A DNA stretch of 64,000 bases, from assembly GCF_006345805.1 (NCBI RefSeq), contig NC_043005.1, positions 77,686,001 to 77,750,000 of the forward strand, read 5' to 3'. Positions 24,431-36,030 of this stretch are shown here, piece after piece (the first letter of the stretch is position 1; each line of letters starts with the position of its first letter). The notes beneath the pieces were generated by a model. The model was not told the DNA's origin. It made no database searches and saw only the letters and a list, made by a program, of their open reading frames with translations. The DNA is from Octopus sinensis. Its lineage: Eukaryota. The position numbers were made by a program, and so were the translations under genes.

Positions 24431-24778
24431 TCTTATAGACTAAATACACAGCACTCGTCCTCTTTCTTTCTCACTCTTTGCCTTACTCTCTTTTTCTCTC
24501 TCCTTTCCCTTCAACAAATCACATGAAAGTGTTACAGATGAGCTAAGTAATAGAGGAAGAAAATTTGGTTGAAGAAAATTACATATTTCTCTCACCACCT
24601 CTTTCCCTTTCAACTAACCATGTGGAAGCATTACAGATGGGCTAAGAAACAGAGGAACAAGCAGAATTATTATAAGATTATTATCATAATTTTTTTTTTA
24701 TTATTGAGTGTGAGAGCAGTGCATGCCATCAGAGTAACACTGGGGTACAATATACAAAGCCTAGTATACCTATCATAA

Positions 24779-25081
24779 TAATAATAATAATGTTCGTCCT
24801 TCGGGTCGAAGATGACCAACTGACATCATCTGATGGAACTGCCGCCATGAGACCTGAGGTGGCTGGTGAGGCCAATCCGGGCAAGGAAGCCCCTCCCACA
24901 GGTGGGGCAGAAGTGGGTAGGGGCCGTGCTACTGGTGCAGGCGGCTCTGGCTTTACGCATCTGACGTTTCTGCTCCGCTGACCGAATCCGTCCCTCCTCG
25001 GCTGTCCCTGCTCCCACGGTGATTGCGCTGCGCCAGGATGAGCGGTTGGCAGCAAGTGGTTCCCAGGTCTTACCACCCTAC
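24779..25081 (-). mobile_element. Short 3' stub of an RTE/BovB-like LINE with a 14-bp TSD
   Basis: Encodes ..HFCPTCGRGFLARIGLTSHLRSH (RTE-type C-terminal C2H2); (TTA)n tail; TSD tatacctatcataa at 24765-24778 and 25082-25095. Confidence 0.88.
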
Positions 25082-26510
25082 TATACCTATCATAACTACC
25101 TGTCTGATAACAGTACACTTGGCAGAATTTGAACTCATATAAGGAAAATCATCAGGTGGTGCAGGGGACAGTAAGAATTACATTAAGATACATTTGGAAT
25201 ATACAGAATATATAAACATGTTTACTGCACACATAGTAAACGTGTTTAAATATTCTATATTGTGAAAGTGTCTTAATGTAATTCTTATTGCCCTCTGCAC
25301 ACCTTGATGATTTATAATGCAAAATTATATATTTATGTATGTTATGTAATTTTAATCTTATTTGAGAAATGAAACAATTGTTGGTGAATGTGTTGATTAA
25401 TTAATAAAATAATTTCTATCCATTAGATCTGTTTTCTAACTTGATAAAAATGTTTGATATCTTACGATATTCTATATAATATATTCATTGAAGAATCATC
25501 TCTTCAAAATTTAAAATATTAAACCAGTGTATCTTGGATAAATACCTCTATAAGATATTCTCTGATACAGTTTCAGGCTGTGGCTCTCATGGCGACTGAT
25601 TGGAAGTGTTATGTAGGAAGGAATTACAACCGTGTTTCATGGTCTGCTACCACAATAGCTCCTTTATAGGATTCAGTTAGCTCAAGACATCATCAGGAGG
25701 AACCACGTCCGGTTTCGGCCCCTACTCCTCTACCGTTTTGACGTGGTGGAGCCCCCTCTTTCGGAGGTGTCTTCAGCTCTGGTGTTGGGTGAATGTCTTC
25801 TTTCTTCTGTTCCCTGGCCTCTTCGATGTATCGTGAGTGAGTGTCAGCCGGTGACTAACTGACTTGTCAAATTTTCCCTTTTGGTGTAAAAGATGGGCTA
25901 CAGTAAATATTCTGCTCAATACCACAGATTTGTTTGTCATAGCTATGTGATGAGAGGAATTCTTTTGGGGTTTGAATAATTCACCTCTGGAAACATGGGT
26001 GTTTCATTCAACACCCATTCAGGGACCTTTTGAGTGGGACTACTCGACCTAAAGAAAATTCTAACTGGGGGCCCCACCTTGAAGGTCATGCACTGTTTGT
26101 CTTGATATGAAATCACCATGTTATTCTCGTCTCTCTCTCACATACACAGACACCAGCACCATTGCTCTTTCTGTCTTGCACACCCCATCAAACACACACA
26201 CATGTCACACCAACTTCGAAAGAACTTCCCTGATCCATTCGCGCTTTCTGTCACTTTTACGCCGACTTCAAAAGATCCTCTTCGCCACCCCATATGTAAA
26301 AAAATTAAGCAAACCGACGATCTTCTTCAGAAATGTAAATAAACCCACGTGGTTTATAAGTGACAGTCTTGTTACTAATACCGTAAGATCGCCTTGAACC
26401 ATCTGGTTACTGTACCTTCACCTTTCGCACGATAAATATTTTTAGTTGCTTCCCACGGTGTTTATGACCCAGATCGAACGAGTAAAACATAAGTTCTCGA
26501 ACCAGACTAC

Positions 26511-26772
26511 AGTACTATTTAAGAACAATGGTCCCGGTGCGCGCACTCGTGCATCCGCGCTAGCTAGTCGTGACTAGTCGATCCTACAACGACTACCAAG
26601 CAAAGTAAATAATTTTTTTGAACAAAGTGGTGCCCCAGCATTCGGACTGAAACATTTTAAAGGATTTAAGGAAAGTAAATAAAACACAAAAACACAAAGG
26701 ATCGACTAGTCGTGTCTAGCTAGCGCGGATGCGCGACTACGCGCACCAGGACCACTGTTCTTAAGTAGTACC
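26511..26772. mobile_element. MITE family M1 (GGTAC termini, long TIRs, 8-bp TSD; Merlin-like)
   Basis: TIRs of about 65-80 bp (.gtacta.ttaagaaca.tggtcc.ggtgcgcg...gactagtcgatcc); TSD cagactac. Confidence 0.8.
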
Positions 26773-27184
26773 CAGACTACGTTGCACGTTCTTATGTGCG
26801 GCTTTCAAATCCAAACAGAGTGAAACAAAGCACAATGTGTCCGAGAACCCATAACCACGATACCACCAACTTCAGACAGTACCTTCCTCAGCTTTCAGCT
26901 GTTTCGCTCATATATAAACGTCGCAAACTTGCACTTGCGCAGATGTTACAAAACTTTAAATACCGCCGTGGTACAAAACGAAAGTACTAGTTACATAGTA
27001 GTAGGCTAGTTATTTGTAGTTTCATTACTAAATGCTTTCATCGTCTATTTCATAAAAGGATAATTAAATGTAAAACTAAACGCCAGGGCAATACTTTCTT
27101 ATTGAAAAATAACTTGTTACGGCAGTTTTTCGTTAATGAATTTACCAAACAAAAGTTAATTGTGCAACTTCTGGCTAAATATAT

Positions 27185-27333
27185 ATATATATCAAAATAT
27201 TGTTAGAGATAGAAACACCCACAACCTCATCAACTCCAAACGTTATTAACTCAACCAAATAATATACTATTTATATTCATAATCCAAAATGAAGTTGTGA
27301 GTGTTTCTATCTCTAATATTTTGATATATATAT
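27185..27333. mobile_element. Small MITE/fold-back element in a (TA)n context
   Basis: Imperfect inverted arms of about 45 bp: atcaaaatatt.ttagagatagaaacac / gtgtttctatctctaatattttgat. Confidence 0.6.
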
Positions 27334-27858
27334 GAATTAATTATTGAGAGTAATTCAATTTAATATTTTTAATTTGAATATCTGATTCCTCTGGCACTGG
27401 AAATGATATTCCCTAATAATAATAATATATATATGAGTACTATTTTTTCCACTTCTTTCTCTTTCGCGCGCTCTCTCTCTCTCTCTCTCACGCGAATACA
27501 GTACCGATTATAAAGTGGGGGATTACTCACAATTTGTAAATAAACACATGAACTTTAAAAATTCAAATTTACATAGCAATAAAACTAAATGCCGACAATC
27601 TTCCTTAAATACATGCCTTGCTTACAAAGTGGAGATTCGCAAATGTTTAATTTCTTTTAGTAGAAAGTAGATAGCTAAGGATTATCTTTCTCTTAAATGT
27701 ACAACCGATCCGTTATATTTAAATTTTTAAAAATACATGAAATTAAAGCACTATATATATTTATAAATAAGGATAATATCGATATTTAAATATCGATCTT
27801 ATCAAGTGCCAGCATGGGAATAAATACCATACAAAGGTACTAATTATTTAAAACTTTT

Positions 27859-28024
27859 AATTAGGGTATCTGAGAGATACCACCATGCTGAAATAGCAGT
27901 CAAAACCCTGACCCTAAAGCCACCTTAAATGTTCATATAGCGCTATATGAACATTTAAGGTGGCTTTAGGGTCAGGGTTTTGACTGCTATTTCAGCATGG
28001 TGGTATCTCTCAGATACCCTAATT
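27859..28024. repeat. Perfect 166-bp palindrome with no spacer
   Basis: 83-bp arms centred on atagc|gctat (27941/27942); I found no mismatch. Confidence 0.95.
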
Positions 28025-28155
28025 TATAGTTTTATATATAAATATATATAATCAAAATAAACAAGGATAATCACCCCATTTTGAATTATATGGATAATAC
28101 CATACCAAATTCTGGTGCCTTTAACTTAAGTACCATATTCAACTGAATCTATCTA

Positions 28156-28194
<39 letters not shown>

Positions 28195-28736
28195 CGTTGC
28201 GTTTGGAAGCGCTCAAAGAGATGTGTAGAAATAAACAAAATTTCAAAATTATTGCAAGCATATAAACAAGGAAAAGCCAAGATACATCGATCAACAATAT
28301 AAACATCCAATTAGTAAATGCGAAATTGTCAATGATTATAAGGTCTTCAGTTGCTGTAATTATTTGTCATATGATATATAACATGTGCGGCGTTATAAAA
28401 TAACCTGGTGCTGGAAGTTTAAGAAAACAAGTTGTTAAATTAAGAGGATAATTAACAATCAAAGGTACATTTCAAAAAGATAATAAAACACGATATTGTT
28501 TGAAAATAAATATATTTCTCTTAATTTTTTTTTTGTTCAATTAAAAAATTTTTTGCAGTGTTTATCAAGGCAGTGATATCTGGATATCGACAATGTTTTT
28601 AATTTATATCTGTCTTTAAATTTTTTTATATTGAACAGAGATCATATTGAGAAACATGAATAATGAAGTGTAAAAGTTTGAGAAATGATAGCACGACCTG
28701 AAATATATACTTTAAATAGCGCGGGTATAAACTTTT

Positions 28737-29813
28737 TTATGTGTGTGTTAGTGTATTACAGGCACAATTGAAGTTTTTGATTTCCTCGTAAATAAGTCCT
28801 AACCATTCTATTTTGTTTAATTCCATAGTGGCATATCTGTCACAAAAACGTGGTGCATGCATAAAATCAGTCTGTTGGAAATGGTCTTCGAAGAAACAAT
28901 GTTTCATTGCATCGTCCACAGAGATTCGGTTATCTACGTCTAAATTAAATATTTGATCCAAAAGATTAAGTGTATCTTCATCTTTGGTATTAAAAAAAGT
29001 TGAGAAATCCTGCTTTACAAAAGTACCGTATTGTTTTATCATAGCAACAGCTTCTTCACAAGTAAATTTCTTTAGCATTTCATAATCCGGTGTTCCGACA
29101 AGACATAAGATCTGCTTCATTTGGTCAGAGAAATTATGCCCCCGTATCACAGCTCGTTTTGTTAACATTTCACCCAGGATACAACCCACAGACCACACAT
29201 CGGCTGTCTGATTGTATTTTTCCCAGTTAAGGATTATTTCTGGAGCTCGGTACCATCGGGTTTGCACATAACCCGTCATTTTAAGACTGACCTGTCGGGC
29301 CAGGCCAAAATCCATAATTTTGATGCAGTTATCAGCAGTAACCCCGATGTTGCTGGGTTTCAAATCACGGTGGATGACCCCGGCTGAATGAATATAATAA
29401 AGTCCACAGAACATTTGGTAGACCAGGGACTTGATGAGGGGTAACCCCATCTCCTCGCTGTCCAACATCATTTTTAAATCTCTCGGATAGAATGTGGAAA
29501 CAAGGTAGAGATTATCCAAATCATTTTTACATATTGCTGTTGTAAATGTATCGAGCAGATCGATAACATTTTTGTGTTTCATGTGCTTTAGCAAACATAT
29601 TTCGCGGTATGTACGTTTAGTGTCCATTAACGTGACAAACGGCCGCGACAGTTTTTTGATGGCCACTGTGGAGTTCGTAAGTTTGTTATGAGCCATTGAC
29701 ACATGGCTGAAACTGCCTCCTCCTATATATTCCAAACAACTGTAATAGTTTGGATGCATCCATTTAATACCGAATTCCTCGGTGACTTCGAAGGACGCTG
29801 GGATGTTATCCAT
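28737..29813 (-). CDS. Intronless divergent p38-family MAP kinase, copy A (358 aa)
   Basis: Uninterrupted ORF with VAIK, RE (alphaC Glu), HRDLKPSN, DFGLAR-x6-TGY-V-Q-TRWYRAPE, DVWSVGCI and the C-terminal EW..LIYEEI helix, collinear with p38. Orthology to a named p38 gene is not established. Confidence 0.93.
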   Translation of the reverse strand: MDNIPASFEVTEEFGIKWMHPNYYSCLEYIGGGSFSHVSMAHNKLTNSTVAIKKLSRPFVTLMDTKRTYREICLLKHMKHKNVIDLLDTFTTAICKNDLDNLYLVSTFYPRDLKMMLDSEEMGLPLIKSLVYQMFCGLYYIHSAGVIHRDLKPSNIGVTADNCIKIMDFGLARQVSLKMTGYVQTRWYRAPEIILNWEKYNQTADVWSVGCILGEMLTKRAVIRGHNFSDQMKQILCLVGTPDYEMLKKFTCEEAVAMIKQYGTFVKQDFSTFFNTKDEDTLNLLDQIFNLDVDNRISVDDAMKHCFFEDHFQQTDFMHAPRFCDRYATMELNKIEWLGLIYEEIKNFNCACNTLTHT

Positions 29814-30849
29814 TGGATCTGTTTCTCTTCTCAGCGCCTTTATAATTAGTTACAAATCCGAGAAAGTATTACGCGATGTCTCCTCTCTCCAGCTTTCATA
29901 ACAATTATGAGCAGAGGCGAACGAGATGACAATATTTATAACGTTAGCCTCGAAGATAACGGGAAAAACTATATTTCCCCGAGAATTATTGATGTTCTAT
30001 AAATAGCTGAATTCGAAGAAAGCATGTTAGTTTTCATGTTAACACGTGTTTTCTTATTTAGATGTATATTTACTAACCACGAAATATATTTCGCTGATTA
30101 TAAAATATTCTATTAAATATAAAAAGAAAAAAAAATCGTTCAAAGTTTGCGTACTTCATTTATAATGACCTAGATATTCAATTTCGTTAATTTAAATATT
30201 ATATATTGTTATATCATATTATATTATGTTATACTATAGAAGAAAGTTCTTTATTACAATTCATTTAATTTTTTGTAGGCTCTAAGTGTGCAAGCTATGA
30301 CCTTAAGGGAGATGTGATTACTATTTTTAGCAAGTCAAGCACACACGTAGAGGCCTCCATCTCGGTTCAAGAATGAAAAAACGCATTAAGTTCTGTAAAA
30401 CAATTATGTGCATAATATAAAACAACCGAGTGTGCATTAAATGAGGTAGTGCTGCTATTTCTAGCAAGTAAAGCAGCCACGTAGAGATTACAAGTTTTCT
30501 ATATTGAATGAATAATAACGTGGGAGAGCTTTACATATTTTATTTTGTTAGAAATAGCAGTAAAATTTTACCACAATTGACATTTTTTTTTTATTAACGC
30601 AAAAGAGAAAGAGAAAAAAGATATTAGACAATGTTGTTCCCGATGGAATGGACACGACTGGACTCTGATCACAAATTTAGACATAAATATGCAAAACAAC
30701 TCACAAATTTTATGCCTAAATCCGGGTCCAGTTTCATCCGCAATTTAGGGGTCGGGAAACCAGAATAAAATATTTACAAAATTCAAAAGAACGTGTCCGA
30801 TTTTTTTTTACACATGCGCGCGCCGATGCACAAAAGCAACCTTTTATCT

Positions 30850-30972
30850 AGAGGGCTCCAACCATGACTATCCTGATTTTTTAAAAGCGTTCCAACTGTG
30901 ACCATCCAGTCTTTTCCTAAAGCCTTAAAACTGTAACTAGTCTTTTTTTAAGCGCTCCGACTGTGACCATCA
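30850..30972 (+). repeat. Short fragment of the ccaactgtgaccatcc minisatellite followed by TTAGGG-like repeats
   Basis: Three motif copies, then agggttagggttagg at about 30976-30990. Confidence 0.7.
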
Positions 30973-31782
30973 CCAGGGTTAGGGTTAGGTTTAGCGTTAC
31001 TATTATTGCAATGCACTTAATTATAGCAGCTGGATTGAGATCGCCAAGAAGTTAAATAACAAGACGGTTACTGGATATGCTAGAAATAACAGCCAAATCA
31101 TTACTGAAATGCCTTTGATCATAGGGGTCAGTCGAGTTAAGGGCATGTCATTAGTTATTTGTTGTTTAGCCTCGGATCAAGTCAGGTCAAGTCGGGTAGG
31201 GTCTGATACTGCTAACCAATGATCAAACGAACCCCATGAGATTTCTAGTTTTTTTTTCCTTTTTCTTTCTTTAATTTTTGTTTCTTTTGAGGAAATGGTG
31301 TATTATATTAAAACTAGAATACGCGTGTCGGCAAAATTACCGGCCTTTTCGTTCAATGTTAGAAAATGGCACATGAACGCAATGGGGAAAACACATTAAT
31401 AGATGTCAGTTATCTAGTAAATTTGTGTTCATTCTCAGAATTGAAGCACCTGCTCAATCAGATACGATTGCAACGGCTCGGTTGAAAATATCACCCACAT
31501 AATGCATGTTTGTGTATACACACACACACACACGTACGCGCGCGCACGCATGTACACAGACATATATATATACATATGTGTACATATAAACATGCATACA
31601 CACACACACGCACGCATATGTACACAAGTAAACACACACATATATATATATACACACAGACATATAATATATACATATATGTGTACATATAACTACATAT
31701 AAACATACATACATATACACACACGCATATTTTTTTTTTCAAACTTACTTGTTTCAGTAACTTGAATGCGGCCATGCTGGAG

Positions 31783-31834
<52 letters not shown>

Positions 31835-31842
31835 AAATATGT

Positions 31843-32100
31843 GGAGGCGCAATGGCCTAGTGGTTAGGGTCGCAGGATCGCGGTTTCGATTCCCAGACCG
31901 GGCGTTGTGTGTGTTTATTGAGCGAAAACACCTAAAAGCTCCACAAGGCTCCGGCTGTACTCTTTCACCACTCTTTCTTCTGTTGGCCTGCTCGCTTAGC
32001 CAGCGGGGTGGCGTCATTCGAAGGCTAAAACAATGCGAACGCATTGTGACCAGCCATGTGTAACAACATCTGATGGTCTGGTCGGTCACGTGATCACGTG
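31843..32100 (+). mobile_element. tRNA-headed SINE family C (short variant)
   Basis: ggaggcgcaatggcctagtggttaggg (A box), ggtttcgattccc (B box); the head is shared with 35098-35480. Confidence 0.8.
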
Positions 32101-32269
32101 ATATATATATATATATATATGTGTGTGTACATATAAATACATATGAACATACATATATGCACACACACACACACACACACATTCTCTTATATGTATTAGT
32201 CCAATGACTGTGGCCATGCTGGAGCACCGCCATTGTAATCATCTTTCCACTTTCCACCTTTGGTGAAGG

Positions 32270-32590
32270 ATGGAGTTCGATGGAGTTCCACCTTCTGGTG
32301 AAGGATGGAGTTCGATGCTACTGCCCTATCTTGCTTAGATATTGGCTCATCCAGGATCTCGGCGAGCCAGTTCACGTTTGAAAACGTCTACATCCACTCC
32401 ATGGAGGCAGGCTCCTGAGATGCTTCGACAGACAGTTGAACAGCTGTGGGCCCTTGAAACCCAAGCTATTGCAGTACATCGTCCTTGCCCAAGATGAAGT
32501 AGTCGGCACAATGGAGACAGCACAGTGACGTCCTGTTCGTGGTCTGGTATAGCTCTTTATTCCAAAGTTCGGTACCAGTATTTTCCATAT
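32270..32590 (-). mobile_element. CR1-group LINE 3' fragment (family of 14839-15360)
   Basis: IWKILVPNFGIKSYTRPRTGRHC...YCNSLGFKGPQLFNCL. Confidence 0.8.
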
Positions 32591-32734
32591 ATACATATAT
32601 GTGTGTGTGTGTATGTGTGAGAGAGAGAGAGCAAAGGACGTCACGAAAAATGTACAGCAAATATGTACACAATATGTACACAATGTACAATGTACATCTT
32701 ATATTAAAGTTTTTAATACTTTTTGATAGTTTTT

Positions 32735-33138
32735 ATCTTTTACTTGTTTCAGTCATTTGACTGCGGCCATGCTGGAGCACCGCCTTTAGTCGAGCAAATC
32801 GACCCCGGGACTTATTCTTTGTAAGCTCAATACTTATTCTATCGGGGACTTTTGCCGAACCGCTAAGTGACGGGGACGTAAACACACCAGCATCGGTTGT
32901 CAAGCAATGCTAGGGGGACAAACACAGACACACAAACATATACACACATACTTACATATATATATACATATATACGACAGGCTTCTTTCAGTTTCCGTCT
33001 ACCAAATCCACTCACAAGGTATTGGTCGGCCCGGGGCTATAGCAGAAGACACTTGCCCAAGATGCCACGCAGTGGGACTGAACCCGGAACCATGTGGTTG
33101 GTTAGCAAGCTACTTACCACAAAGCCACTCCTGCGCCT
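32735..33138 (-). mobile_element. SINE family A, young subfamily
   Basis: Shares variants (ggggctatagcagaag, aagatgcc) with the copies at 41050, 43486 and 44795. Confidence 0.9.
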
Positions 33139-33223
33139 AAAATAAAAAAAATAAATAAAAAATAAATATATAATTGAATAAATAAATAAAAAAATTTTAA
33201 AATAAAAAATAAAAAATTTTAAA

Positions 33224-33259
<36 letters not shown>

Positions 33260-33438
33260 TTATAAGTATAAATTAATAATTTAAAATTTTTTTTTAAATT
33301 TTAACTTTAAATTTAAATAATTTAAATTTTGAATTTTATATTTTATATATTTTGTATATTATATTAATTAATTTTATTTCTATGTTTTGGTTTATGTTTT
33401 TCACTGTTTGATTTGCCTAATAGTGGTTTTATCTCTAA

Positions 33439-33494
<56 letters not shown>

Positions 33495-33699
33495 ATAAAT
33501 GTGTACATATAAATACATATAAACATATTTATACACACATACACACACACGTATGTGTACATATATAGGCCACCACGAAGTACAGTGTCTGAGGAGAGTC
33601 ATTCTGTTTTAATGCATTATCAATTAACACACGCACCGGTTCGATTTCCACTCATTTATTTTTTGCTCAAACTTTTGTTGCTGTTTGCACTCTCTTCAA

Positions 33700-33990
33700 T
33701 AGTAATTGAAATGTCAGTGAGAAGAATGATTGCACATGCAATAGGGGCTAGCATAAAAACCACCTTGAAGAACCACATAGTAAAGTTTAACAGGAAACTA
33801 TAGATGCTGGTTCAAGGTGTAGCCATTGGTGTCGGTGTGGTTGGAGAAGTGTGGCCGGCCTCTTCATGACCTGGCGGGGCAGAAAACTTAAACAATCCTA
33901 GCTGAAGAATCCACAACTGTTTTGCTTTACTGTAGGTATGTAGATGACATTAATATTCTAGTTAGGACAGACTCTAGTAACTGTAGTGTA
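33700..33990 (+). pseudogene. Penelope-like RT remnant
   Basis: TLKNHIVKFNRKL*MLVQGVAIG (cf. F.FNG..Y.Q..G.AMG) and YCRYVDDI; deleted between the two motifs. Confidence 0.6.
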
Positions 33991-34295
33991 GACAGAGAGG
34001 AGAATAATGGAGAGCATCCAGCTCATAAAAACGAGAGTCAACGACTATTGAAGAGGCTGCAAGAAGCAAAGAAACTTTTAGAAAATATGAGTGGAAATCG
34101 AACCGGTGGGTGTGTTAATTAATAAGACATTCAAACAGAATGACTCTCCCCAGACACAATAAAATATGCTTCAATACACGAATTCACAAAGAGAATTTGC
34201 AAACTAATTACAAAAACGATATATATATATATATATATATACGTTTAAATATTTGTTGTGCAAGATTTTTTATGTGAAGTCGTGTGTTGAAACAG

Positions 34296-34730
34296 ATATT
34301 GTTGTATTTAGGAATGGTCATTTTGCCAGTTTAGCCAATAAAAACACACGCACTATATATTTGGTGTTACTTTGCTTCAGTGTTATTTATTTTTTACATT
34401 AATCTTAATCTTATTTCGGCCAGAGTTCTTTCGTCACACTCCTGTGACCGCATCAGTGGTCCTTTGTTTTCTTCTTACTTATTTGTGTCTCTCCTTACTA
34501 ACCGTCAGCCATTTTCAGAAAATGGTTAGTAAGGAGAGACACAAATAAGAAAGAAGAAAAGAAAGGACCACTGATGCGGTCACAGGAGTGTGACGAAAGA
34601 ACTCTGGCCGAAATAAGATTAAGATTAATGTAAAAAATAAATTACACTGAAGCAAAGTAACACCAAATATATAGTGCGTGTGTTTTTATTGGCTAAACTG
34701 GCAAAATGACCATTCCTAAATACAACATAT
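34296..34730. repeat. Near-perfect palindrome of about 430 bp from an inverted Penelope-like terminal repeat
   Basis: Arms of about 205 bp with about 3 mismatches; each arm carries a hammerhead-like motif (34565-34609 plus, 34418-34462 minus). Confidence 0.85.
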
Positions 34731-34742
34731 ATATATATATAT

Positions 34743-34813
<71 letters not shown>

Positions 34814-35097
34814 TTGTATTTCGGGATGGTATATATTATTCGGGGGAGCAACTTTTTTTTATCGAAAGTGTATAAGTTATTAAATGATCGAAATACAAAA
34901 CTAGAAAAACAGTCAACAACTGATAAAGGGTCGTTCTTTATGTTGTTTGTTTTGTTTTCCATTTGTGTCTTTCGTTGTTCGAAAGAATAGTTTATGTTCC
35001 ATGTATTTGTGCTTCGCACATTTTTGCTGTACATTTTTCGTGGCGTCATTTGCTCTTTCTCTCTCACACATACACACACACACATATATGATGGATG

Positions 35098-35480
35098 GAA
35101 GCACTCCGTCGGTTCCGACGACGAGGGTTCCGGTTGATCCGAATCAACGGAACAGCCTGCTCGTGGAATTAACGTGCAAGTAGCTGAGCACTCCACAGAC
35201 ACGTGTACCCTTAACGTAGTTCTCGGGGATATTCAGCGTGACACAGAGAGTGACAAGACTGGCCCTTTGAAATACAGGTACAACAGAAACAGGAAGAAAG
35301 CGTGAGAGAAAGTTGTAGTGAAAGAGAGTACAGCAGGGATCACCACCATCCCTGCCGGAGCCTCCTGGAGCTTTAGGTGTCTTCGCTCAATAAACACTCA
35401 CAATGCCCGGTCTGGGAATCGAAACCGCGATCCTACGACCGCGAGTCCGCTGCCCTAACCACTGGGCCATTGCGCCTCCA
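35098..35480 (-). mobile_element. tRNA-headed SINE family C, full length
   Basis: Reverse complement starts ggaggcgcaatggcccagtggttagggcagcggactcgcggtcgtaggatcgcggtttcgattccc. Confidence 0.85.
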
Positions 35481-35696
35481 CACACACACATATATATATG
35501 GAAAAAAAAGTCAAGATAGAAAATGGTAAAATAATTTTATAAAAAACATTTCAGTACCGATTTCAGTCATTGAGACTTTTTCAACTGTAAGTATGGAAGA
35601 CAATTAAATTTTGGAAAAATTAGAAGAAAAGTTTTTTTAAAGAATATTTGCGCAGTGCTCAAATACAAGTGGTATTTTCTTTGTTTCTGCCTCCCC

Positions 35697-35774
<78 letters not shown>

Positions 35775-35849
35775 GGGGGAGATAGATAGATATTATATTT
35801 CGGGATGGTATATATATACACACACACACACATATTTCCTATCCTTCGC

Positions 35850-36030
35850 CAGACTGGACCGCTGAAATCTACAACTGTTTTTCATTCTCTCTCTGTTTAT
35901 TTTCTCTTATTGCTTTCTGTTTAAGAGCGTAGGCTCGAAACGTAAAGGAATTTTTCATTTTCCCAAGCGTCAACCTAATACGCTTGCTTGTTGTTCATAC
36001 ACCTGTCTTCGTCTTTTGTTTTTCTATAAA
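35850..36030 (+). mobile_element. Penelope-like terminal fragment with a decayed hammerhead-like motif
   Basis: tttCTGTTTA-A-GAGC-gtag-GCTC-GAAA-CGTA-aag at 35914-35947; the core has substitutions. Confidence 0.5.

Noticed and set aside
28737-28760. C-terminal T-x-T-H-T of both kinases as a PDZ-binding motif
   Set aside because: The terminal residue is not hydrophobic, and the codons are a short (AC)n run; no support for a PDZ ligand.
33140-33510. Extremely AT-rich stretch as organellar DNA or a replication origin
   Set aside because: Low-complexity A/T and (TA)n sequence with no gene or tRNA remnants.
35400-35480. tRNA genes at SINE heads (also 31843, 50990-51078, 52332, 62103)
   Set aside because: A and B boxes are present, but I see no complete cloverleaf or acceptor stem, and each continues into a SINE body.
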